DNA from: Octopus bimaculoides
Taxonomy: Eukaryota
NCBI RefSeq assembly: GCF_001194135.2
Contig: NC_068985.1
Location: 54,659,452-54,723,451, forward strand
Reading direction: 5' to 3'
DNA: 64,000 nt
A program made the translations under genes and the position numbers. Under the pieces are notes generated by a model that saw only the letters and a program-made list of their open reading frames with translations, did no database searches and was not told where the DNA came from. Within the stretch, counting starts at the first letter, position 1. Each line of letters begins with the position of its first letter. Positions 53,151 to 64,000 of the stretch are shown piece after piece.

Positions 53151-54788
53151 GAGTTTGGACGGATATATTATCCGGGTGGATACCGTGTTAGCTCTCAGTT
53201 GTGTTTTAGATGCCGTGGAAATGTGTGGGTCATTGTAAGATGCTGTCTATAATAAAATTAATTTTGTGGATGTACAAGTCTCCATACTCAATGTTACTAT
53301 TAATACTTATATATATATATACACACACACGCACACACATATATATTATGCATATATATTTATACACACACACACACAAACATATATATAATATATCAAT
53401 ATCATTTTAACATCCACTTTTCCATGCTTGCTCTTAGGCCAAATGAGATATCACTGAAGCAGATTTTCAATGGCAAATAATCACTTCCAGTCAACAAAGC
53501 TTCATCTTTTTCTAAGCAAAGTAATATTTCTCAGTCTAATCAACAGCACACAACCCAGACATTCTTTTGTGGAGGTTTCTAAGAAAGTGATACCATTGAA
53601 GGAAAGGTGCCTCTTTGTTTACAATCTACCTACACATGTAAAAACAATACACACTCACTCACACACACACACACACATATATATGTTATGGCTTTCTTCC
53701 AGTTCTCATTTAGCAAATTTTATCCACAAGGTATTGGTCAACCTATTACCATAGTTGAGAACAACTACTAATAGTACCCACACAGTGAGGCTGAACCTCA
53801 AACCACGATTTCCAAATCAAACTTAACTGCACAGCAACCCCCCCCACACACACACACACATCATCTCCCTATTTTTCATATATTTATCTTATCTCTTTCA
53901 CTTGCTTGAAGAGTTTTTAGTCAAATGAATCAAACTCAGTGCTTTTGGGTTTTTTTTTTTAATAACTGGTACTTATTCTCTCAATAATCTTTTACTGAAC
54001 TGCTCAGTTACAAGGGTGTAAACACACCAACACCAGTTGTCAAGCAGTGGCAAGGCACAAACACAGACACACATATAATGGGCTTCTTTCAGTTTCTGTC
54101 TCACAAATCCATTCACAAGGCTTTGGTTGGCCCAAGACTATAATAGAAGATACTTGCCCAAGGTGCCACGCTCTGGGACTGAATCTGGAACCATGTGGTT
54201 GGGAAGCAACTTTCTTACCACACAGCCACGCCTGCACCGCTAGCTATGGTTTTATATACTGTTGCTCTCTACCCCATCTTTATGTACTGCGAATTCCTTA
54301 CTTTATTTGCCCTCTCCTTTCCAGAAAACTAAGATTCACCATTGGCCACACATCCAGTTATGTTTGCCATTCACCTCTGTCCTCATCTCTAACCATATAT
54401 CACTCTCTTTTCACATTCTTACAAACCTACATATTCACTCATCCACAATCCTCTGACCCTATTCTGTTATATCCACTTTCTTGTACCTTGAGGATATGCT
54501 CTGATACCTCATCACTTCCCTCCTTTCTTCCTTCCAAACTGGAGTAGTCATGTATCTCCTCAATGGCAGGACATCAAGGGGTTTTGTCTTGCAAATTACC
54601 TGATGACCTCACTAGTGCTGGTGCCATGAAAATAGCACCCAGTATACACTGTAAAGTGATTAGCATTCAGATGGTCATCCAACCATAGAAACCATGCCGA
54701 AACAGACACTGGTACTCAACACAGTGTCCTGACTCACAAGATCCTCTTAAACAATCCAACCTATGCACCATAGAAAATGAACATTAAA

Positions 54789-54837
<49 letters not shown>

Positions 54838-56429
54838 AGACAGACAGATCAATAGATGCTTACGTACATACATACCATACACACACAGATATGCACTAAG
54901 CTATCTGCCACTGACATTTTCATACTTGTTTGTTTTCACAATCAGAAAGTTCAAGGTTATTGATATGAAATTCAGAAAACCACCACCACCACCTCTAGCC
55001 CCCATCAAATCCTGTAATGTCTGGGAATGTAAGCTGATACACTCCTGTTGTTCCTCCTCATAACACAACACAGAGGTATATATCTCATTTGGGTCTTGCA
55101 ACTTTATAGGGGACACTAATCCACTATCAAATTGGCTACACCTATTTCAGCCACAAATCTAGTGTATAGTTTTGCAGTAAAAGGTCTCTTAAGAATGTAG
55201 GTTCCACCCATACTAGCCTAAAACACTTGTTCTTAAATTGTGCCCCATAAAGGTAACTAAGTATGTTGTGGATTTTTAAAAATATAATTTTAAAAAATTT
55301 CAGATAATTTACACAAATGCTTAAGAGTATTGAAAAACATGTGATTCAAAATTTTCTTATATACATGTATGTTTAATATAACAAACAATAGGATTTTGTA
55401 TGCCTTTTTTTCCTGAATTTGTAACCAGAAAACCTTTTCTTTTAAAATTTCCATGTGAAGTGTGACATCAGCATCACCATTATAATTTCAATGTCTACTT
55501 TTTCATGTTTGCATGGGTCAGGTGAAAGACACTGATGTAGTATGGTCAGATGCCCTTCTTGTCACCAACCTCATCTGTTTCCAAGCAAGGTAATACTTCT
55601 CCATGCTCAGACAGCTTTTTACAAAAGATTGGACACTAACTACATTACTTGTGTGTGTGTGTGTGTTATTTTTTATTTGTTTTAGTCATTAGACAACGGC
55701 CTTTCTGGAGTACCACCTTGAAGAATTTTAGTTGAACAAATCAACCCTAGTACTTTTCTTTTTGCAAAGCCTAGTATTTATTCTTTCACCAAATTGCTAA
55801 GCTAGGGGGATGTAAACACACCAACACCAATTGTCAAACAGTGATGGGAGACAAACAGAGACACAAAGATACATACTACAACCAAGTGTATTATATATCT
55901 ATGTATATATGATGGTCTTTCAGTTTCCTCAACCAAATCCACTCACAAGGCTTTGGTCAGCCCAAGACTAAAGACATGCCCAAAGTGCCATGCAGTGGGA
56001 CTGAATCTGGAACCATGTGGTTGGGAAGCAAACTTCTTACCACACAGCCATCTTGCCATCATATGATAGTTGTGAAAAAATGTCACTGAGGTTGGTGACA
56101 GGAAGGGCATCTGACCATAGAAAACTGCATCAGTGAATTGCATCTGACTCATACAAGCATGGAAAACACATATACACATTTATAGGAAGGGCTTCTTACA
56201 ATTTCAAAACACCAAGAATGTGACAGATAGATGGGGAAAGAACTGCACCAGTATTTAGCTGGTACTAATTTTTAATGGAGTAATCTGGAGCAATGTGAAA
56301 TGTACCTTACTCAAGAATGCAATGTGCTACCTAGATCAGGAATTGAACCCACAATCTTATGATCATGAGCCCAACATCATAAACATTGTCATACATCTCT
56401 CTCATACAAAAAGACAGCTACAAATGGAA

Positions 56430-57850
56430 GACTTAAAAACTCCAGAAATCATTCTGTAGTTGTGGCAATATGTGCACATTCTCACAGAAACAAAGTCAGT
56501 TGTTGCGAATAAGGAGGGACTGTGATGAGATTACTCTAATTCGTGATGGGTAGGTTATTTCCCTCCAGATAAAATGGGACAGAGAAGGACATTTCCTTGA
56601 TGCTAAATTTGAAGGAGAACATGCTGAATGAACCTTCCTTTGAGATATTGTGTTCTTTTTAATTCTTTAGGATATCGTCAAGTGAGGGTAAGAGAGTTCC
56701 TACTGATCACTGCTTTGGAAAGGAAGAATCCCATCAGTAGATTGGTTTTAGTAGCAGCAGGTGAGTACCTGGTGTAAAATGTGCAAAGATGCGTGCTTTT
56801 CCTTGTTATAGCAGGCTACATTGGAAGTGATGCTATTTAGGCAAGAATAACGAACATTAACAATATATGCATAAAAAGCTTGTAGTACTTAAGTATGTTG
56901 TGGGATTATCATCTAATTAAAAATAATTCTTGATTATCTTCATAAAGCTATAGGTTGAACTGAGGATTGAACCTGGTTATTTTTATCTTTCTAATCTCTT
57001 TGGAGGTATGAGTGGGAGACCCTTCACATACAATAATAACTTATCGCTAAAACCTTGTAATGGAATGCAGCTCAAAACTAGCCGAGTATAAATGGGACAT
57101 TCTTTTACTAACATTCACAACTAAGTTTCTAATTATAAATGGGTGGGAAAGTGATTGGAATTTCACCAAATATATTTGATCTCCTCATCAGGCTTTCTAT
57201 AGAGATAGCACTAGTCAGGATATCTTAAGTTGACAGTGGTTAGATTGGTAGTAAGTCAAACTTATAAACCTGTCGCTGACATCATACTTCATACTGCTTG
57301 AAATTGCCAGGACAGTGTCTCTATACAAACCTGGGCAGTGAGCTGGGTGCTTTTTTTTAGGATATATCAGATAAATTAATCAATGAGATCGACATCAGAT
57401 CTATCATAGCTCTCCAAAGATATTGCTAATCATAATGAATTGCTTCTCAATGTCCATGGCCTTTAAGAAAAGAGGTTTGAATCTGGAACAAAAATCCACT
57501 ATATCAAACTGGGTGAATTTGCAGTCAACTTTGTTCTTAATTCCATAGAACCTGTTAATAATAATGGCCTGCAGTTCCTTTGAGCTCACCCAGAAGCCCT
57601 TCTGAAGCCAAAATTCATGGTGCTGAGGATATACTTATTATGCCTACTTCACCTTTAGAGGAGTAATCAGCATGCATTTAGAGTTCAAAAGGAGATTAAA
57701 TTTGTGGTCGTTAAGGGTGTTAAGTAGTATGCGAGATCTCATGGCAAAGTAATCCACATGGTTTAGTCTCAGTAATGGGATGACTAGTTTCTTTGCTTCA
57801 GTTGTGTTGGCAATAAGATAGGAGCTCAGTAACAGTGTTTGTCCTGTATG
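56430..57850 (-). mobile_element. Decayed Penelope-like element (RT to endonuclease)
   Basis: TLNDHK..KCMLITP, KVDCKFTQFDIVDF, LYRDTVLAI (YxDD relic), YRKPDEE, SNHFPP-like, WFNPQF. Confidence 0.75.
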
Positions 57851-59052
57851 TTCTTTGTTTTATTAACAAGGAGATATTTGATAGATTGTTTGAAAGGTGC
57901 CATGTAATTTCTCTTCAATTACTCTCTTCCTCTATCATGCTGATCACATTCTTCTTTTCAATTTCCTTACCAACAACTTATGTGTAGCTGCCTATCACTG
58001 TCATGGTTTCATTATTACGTCACCCCTCATATTCTCAATCCTATTGCCCTTCCCCAACTTTCATAATCTCTCTGCTATCCACCACTTGGTCATGTTACCT
58101 TCAGTGAACAGAAACACAGAGTAGAGAGAACTCAGAAAACTTGCTAGAAACAAGGCAACTTTTCTGATGGTAGCATGATAAATATCTGCATCAGAGAGGG
58201 CAAGTACACTGCCATCATTTTGTATGCACTTTTCCATAGCAATGACTTAATACATACTGACACAGCCTTGTTATCCACACTTCCAAGTGTTTCATCATAA
58301 AGATTTGAAAATTTTCCTATGTATACCTGATTCCTGTCATCTCTTCTAGCTACTTGGTATTATTCCTTATTTCACTTTCTTTTAATATTCCCATGCCTGT
58401 CTTTTAGGTTTTACAGTTCTCTCTGCTGTGGAATTTTACCTTTCATTTGTCTAGAACCCAGTTCTATCCACAGATCTGATCTGTGGCTCATATAAACTTA
58501 CTGTCAATTGCCTCCTCTGTCTCCTGCATGACAGCACTTTACATGGAGCAGTACATTTTCAGTGAGGAAAAATTTAGTATTTACAACTAGTTACTTATTC
58601 CATTTCCTGGAGAGCGTGTAATATATTTGGCTTGTGTATTTGATTGTCAGATGATCAACTGGCTAGATGTCTGGTCTTCTGAAGTTTATATTGCAGATGG
58701 TTAGGTCATCAATATCACAAAATTCCAAGTCTCGATCCCTGCTTATTTATTGTACAACAACTACATTACCAGCACTCTGTCGGTTACAATGACAAGGGTT
58801 CCAGTTGATCCAACCAATGGAATAGCCTGCTTGTGAAATTAACACACAAGTGGCTGAGCACTCCACGGGCATGTGTACCCTTAATGTAGTTATCAGGGAG
58901 ATTCAGCATGACACAGAATGTGACAAAGATGGCCTTTTGAAATACAGGTATTACTAATTTTTGCCAGCTGAGTGGTCTGGAGCAACACGAAATAAAGCAT
59001 CACTGGGAACTGAATTTATGACCTTAAGATTGTGAGCCAAATACCCCTAAAC

Positions 59053-59363
59053 TAGGGGTTTTCAAACTGTGGTCCGCAAGGACAAGACAGGGGGGTCTGT
59101 GGACAGCAAATACTTTTTATGGGCAATTTGATTTTATATATGTTTTTTAATCGAAATCTTTTTTCTCATGTTTTGTAAATGTAAGCGCATGAAATAACAG
59201 GTAAATAATAGCCTAAAAGTCAATAAATATGTTATATTAAGCAAATATTTATGTATAAATTTCATAAGCGTTTATAAGGGTAAAGCCTGAAATATAAAGC
59301 CTGAAATAAGGTAAAGCCTGAAATATAAAGGGGTCCGCAAGTCAAAAAGTTTGAAAACCCCTG
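59053..59363. mobile_element. hAT (Charlie-like) MITE with perfect 8-bp TSD
   Basis: TSD CCCTAAAC at 59045-59052 and 59364-59371; TIR YAGGGGTTTTCAAACT. Confidence 0.93.
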
Positions 59364-60646
59364 CCCTAAACCACTAAGCCACATGCCTTTACTACAACAT
59401 CTATAACCTCCATGTATGTTAGAATAGTCATCATGGTGTTACCCAACTTGACCATTAAAGCCAGCAGCCATGATAACGAGATTGTCTGCACAAATACTTC
59501 ATCAACACAGTCCTTCATTTTCTCATGTGTCAGTCCTGACTGTTTGGTAAATATGTGAAACTAACTGTTGTATTTGGTTTTGACTCATCTAAATATTTGA
59601 CATACTTTTGAATTCATCATAAACATTAAGAACCATATCATAAACTGGATGGGTGGTGGTATGCTGACTGAAATGAAACAAAAACAACCAAGCAAGCAAG
59701 GAAACCCACATCCAGTAGTGGTCTTTTATCATATGAACAATTTTCTCAAAATTTATATTTAATAATTCAAATGTATGCAAAATGTTTATGTAAGTCAGGT
59801 TACACCAACGAATAGTTTTAGTCCATTTGTCTACAAGACCAATGACAAACCTGTGCTTTCTTTCTCAACTATTTTTATTTCATTTCAATCAGCTACTGAC
59901 AGCGATAAAGAAATGAGGACACATAAACCTCTAAAGCACAGCTAAGATATATATGAACTGTTTACTTAGTATTTTATTCATAAAATTCACATTGACTAAG
60001 ACTAAGTTTCACCTAACAGTTTATTCAACCATTATCTCAGTATTATGTCAAACTTGCAGTAAATATTTCCTTGTTATTCTAAAACCTACTTTAAAATAAT
60101 TTCACTTTGATATTTATTACTAACAATTCAAGTATTTGCAAAATGTTAAGATGACATATACAAATACACACACATGACTGTGTGGTTAAGAAGCCTGCTT
60201 CTCAACTACATGGTTTCAGGTTCAGTCCCACTAGTGTCTTCTACTAAAGACTTCAGTTTACCAAAGCCTTGTGAGTAGATTTCAAAGAAAAAAAACTGAC
60301 CCCGCCCCCAAATTGTGTGTTTATATGTTTGTGTCTCCTTGTAAATAAATGTCACTGTTGTAGAAGCAGTGTAATTCATTTCCAATATTTTTGAAAAACA
60401 TGCCTGGCTATGGTGAAATATCACCTTCAATGGAAACAGGTGAGAGTTAGCAAAAGGAAAGGCAACCAGCAATAGAAAATCTACCTCAACAAATTCCTTC
60501 CAACCCATATGAACATGGAAAAGTGGACTTTCAAAGGCAGGAAAATCCCCTAGTCTATCAGGAATTACTGATGAGATGCTTAAAATGCTTGGCAGAGTAG
60601 GATACAGCTTGATTCACTGCACAATGACTGGTGTAGCAGTGACATA

Positions 60647-61522
60647 TGAGGAGGAACCCAAAAGAAACCAGAATTTTGCAACGTTCTCTTATTCACTTAG
60701 TTTTACATGTTTACACTTAATACCTTCAAAGTATTCTCCATTTGAAGCAATGCATTGGTCCAGACGTATTTTCCTCCGTTTGAAGGAGTGCTGGAACTCT
60801 TATGAACTGATGCCTTTTAACTTCCGTCATTCTTTTCTTCACCTCTTCCACATCCATAAATTCTGTAGCACCAGCTTTCATCACCATTGATGACCTTCAA
60901 AAAAAAAGGTCAGGATCAACTTCCAGCTGTTCTTTTAGTTCATGACATACATTCAGTTGTGACTGCTTTTTATCTTCCATGAGCTTGTGAAGCACAAATT
61001 TTGCTACAACTCTTTTCATTCGCAATTCCTCGCTCAAAATCCATTGACAGGAGCTCCAGGGTACACCAGTCATATCAACAAGCTCATCAATTGTTCGGTG
61101 ACGGTCCTCCATGATCAGTTCATGAATTTTCATGATGTTTTCATTTGTTCAGGAGGTTGGTCCTCTAGCAACAAGTGACCATTCCTAAAGTGTAAGAACC
61201 ACTCGTAAACTTGTGTTTTGTTCATGGCAACGTCCTTGTAAGCAGTTCGAAGCATGACAATTGTTTCAGCCATCATTTTCCCCAACAGAAAACAGAATTT
61301 CATGGAAGCACACTGTTCCTTCACTTCAACCATAGCAAAAATTGACGAACAAAGGAGAAGCACTGCAAAGCAAAGACACACCATATAGCAGTACGTCATC
61401 TGACAACAGTTGGTTGACTGATGCCTGAGGGTTGCATCAAGTGGCTTCTAGCAACAGAAGCCCGAACTACAATGGGCTTATCCCACAGAGAACATTTCCA
61501 GTTACTTTTGGGTACTCTCTGA
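60647..61522 (-). mobile_element. Internally deleted mariner (DD34D-type) transposon
   Basis: TA|TGAGGAGGAACCCAAAAG versus TA|TCAGAGAGTACCCAAAAG ends; EQ..KFCFLLGK HTH; VINGDESWCY joined to the C-terminal RLDQCIASNGEYFEG*. Confidence 0.88.
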
Positions 61523-61529
61523 TAGTTCA

Positions 61530-62330
61530 ACTACTAAAAGAGCAAAAGAGATGCCTTAGAGAGAGAAAACTACAGGAGTAGCACATTGTTGGACTAGGTC
61601 ATGAAAGTTAGAGAGAGAATAATAGTTTAACTGATTAGAGAGTTAGTTAGCCAAGATGAGATGCAGTTTGGTTGTGTGCCAGGAAGAAGTACAACAAATG
61701 CCATCTTCCTAGTGAGACAATTGCACAAATACTTGGCAAAGAATAAACCACTGTACCCAGCATTTGTCAGCGTAGAGAAAGCTTTTAACAGAATCCCTCA
61801 TGTACGCACTGAGGAAGCTGAGAGTAGACGAATGGTTTGTGATAGCCACACAACCATATGCAGTGGGTGCTTTCAGCATGGTGAAGGCAAGCAATGAGTA
61901 CAACAACAAATTTAAGGGAATTCACCAGGTCTCAGCGCTCAGTCCCCTTCAATTTATCATCCTAAATGCAGAGAACCTGCAAAAATTTGAAAGAAATGAA
62001 ACAAGCATGCTCTGCTGGATGTGCAATGTCAGTGTACATGAATAACAAAGTACAAATGTGTGGAGAGAAAAACTGGGCAAAAGAGGAATTAAATCAAGTG
62101 CACAAGAGAGTAGACTACATTAGTTTGGCCATGAAATGCATTTGGCTACAGATAGTTGTATAAGGAAGAGGAATCTACAGAAGAGGGTGATCCACGAAAG
62201 TATGAGATGAGGTGGTGAAAGCCTAGTTCAGGATGTTGAGCATCATTATTTCAACAGCCAAAGATGATTGATGATATGTGGTGCTTGAGAAGACCCTACC
62301 AGCTATGCTACCATAGCTTGATTGTAGTTC
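61530..62330 (+). mobile_element. Decayed RTE LINE RT fragment with internal deletion
   Basis: MQFGCVPGRSTTNAIFLVRQL...AFVSVEKAFNRIP; SALSPLQFII fused directly to AENLQKFERNETSMLCWMCNVSVH. Confidence 0.8.
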
Positions 62331-62929
62331 TGAAAGCATAATGCATATGTACAAAACTAAGGTTGTGGAAACAAGTACATGCACATTACGCACATAATTG
62401 TATCCCTCACCTGTGTCCTTAAGTCTACAGTTAAATTTTTCTCCCCCTTCCTCAAGCACACTGTCACTCCTATACCTACCCATCTTTACCACACTCTTGG
62501 CAGCCTTTAACCCCACTCCTCATCTCCCTATCACTCTATCTACTATATTATTTTGCAGTTGTAAGTAATGAAATTAGAACCAATTACTGCAATCCATTTC
62601 ATATCACCATTTCTGTACTGCCAGTCATGACTCCCTCTCCTCTTGCCTACTCCCAATTGATATTCACCTATCGTTCTTAAGGTAACCCAATGTTTATTTA
62701 CCACTGATCTCCTGCACTCCTTTTCCCCCATTCACTTCCTATATACATGTGGCCACCTCCATCTCTCATTCGCTTCTTATGCTCTTGCAACTTTACCCAC
62801 CCCTAGTGAGTCTCTTATTTCCATACTTTCTTCCATTTACCTTCTTGGACATGTATATCATCTTGAGGTATATTTTGCTACTCCATCACCACCACATTAA
62901 TATTTTTTCGTGGCTTCATTCCAGCTATG

Positions 62930-63316
62930 CCTGTTGTTGGCACTCCATCACTTACGACGTCGAGGGTTCCAGTCGATCCGATCAACGGAACAGCCTGCTT
63001 GTGAAATTAACGTGCAAGTGGCTGAGCACTCCACAGACACGTGTACCCTCAATGTAGTTCTCGGGGATATTCAGCGTGACACAGTCTGACAAGGCTGACC
63101 CTTTGAATTACAGGCACAATAGAAACAGGAAGTAAGAGTGAGAGAAAGTTGTGGTGAAAGAGTACAGCAGAGTTTGCCACCATCCCCTGCCGGAGCCTCG
63201 TGGAGCTTTAGGTGTTTTCGCTCAATAAACACTCACAACGCCCGGTCTGGGAATCGAAACCACAATCCTATGACCATGAGTCCGCTGCCCTAACCACTGG
63301 GCCATTGTGCCTCCAC
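62930..63316 (-). mobile_element. Third tRNA-head SINE family
   Basis: Head on the minus strand (GTGGTTAGGGCAGC...GGTTTCGATTCCC); related copy at 58740-59390 is interrupted by the hAT MITE. Confidence 0.7.
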
Positions 63317-63689
63317 TCCAGCTATGCCTACCCCCAAAATAAACTTGTCGCTGCTCCTCCCATCATACATTAATCTTTCAACACTTCACATAAAGCAATC
63401 ACCCCATATCCTAGTCTTCCTCTCTTTTAAGGGGGATTTTTAGTCTTGCAAGATACAAGGTGACCTCACTAGAGTCGGTGCTACTAAAAAAAAGCACCCA
63501 CTACACTCTGTAAAATGGTTGGCATTAGGAAGGGCAGCCAACAGTGGAAATCATGCTAAAATTGAAATATGGAGTCAGACATGGTTCATCAACCTGTTTG
63601 ATCCTGCCTAAATGTTCAACACATACCAGCATGGAAAGCAGATGTAAAGATAATAATGATGATGATATATAAATACACACACTTAAACA

Positions 63690-63890
63690 CCATTCGTGCC
63701 GGTGGCACGTAAAAGCACCCGCTATACTCTCGGAGTGGTTGGCGTTAGGAAGGGCATCCAGCTGTAGAAACTCTGCCAAATCAGATTGTGGAGCCTGGTG
63801 TAGCCATCTGGTTCGCCAGTCCTCAGTCAAATCGTCTAACCCATGCTAGCATGGAAGGCAGACGTTAAACGATGATGATGATGATGATAT
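63690..63890 (+). mobile_element. 5'-truncated RTE 3' end with (GAT)n tail
   Basis: GTGCCGGTGGCACGTAAAAGCACCC...GCATGGAAGGCAGACGTTAAACGATGATGATG. Confidence 0.8.
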
Positions 63891-63932
63891 TATATACAAT
63901 ATACATATATATAATATACATATATATATCAT

Positions 63933-63963
<31 letters not shown>

Positions 63964-63966
63964 CAT

Positions 63967-63997
<31 letters not shown>

Positions 63998-64000
63998 CAT

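Overview
AT-rich, repeat-saturated animal genomic DNA with five N-gaps. The repeat families are typical of coleoid cephalopods, most likely Octopus (inference). The only host gene I can support is a minus-strand DCAF8/WDR42A orthologue, a WD40 substrate receptor of the CUL4-DDB1 ligase. I reconstructed ten coding exons by hand (41599-42610, 23726-23835, 20768-20908, 16198-16292, 11025-11132, 10102-10129, 8834-8878, 7935-7992, 6035-6142, 558-688). All have GT-AG boundaries and compatible phases, giving 1836 nt / 612 codons; the C-terminal exons lie beyond position 1. The rest is introns and upstream DNA filled with decayed RTE LINEs, two tRNA-derived SINE families, Penelope-like elements, mariner derivatives, hAT- and piggyBac-type MITEs, Helentron-type HINEs and mini/microsatellites. 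The most interesting observations are: a PHD-type C4HC3 finger inside the RTE reverse transcriptase, seen in two copies; a fold-back mariner made of two 5' ends; a 122-bp near-perfect inverted-repeat element and a back-to-back SINE pair that should form long dsRNA in the DCAF8 pre-mRNA; a 28-nt micro-exon carrying a DxR motif; and a splice acceptor sitting at the end of a SINE microsatellite tail. TE boundaries are approximate unless a TSD or TIR is quoted.
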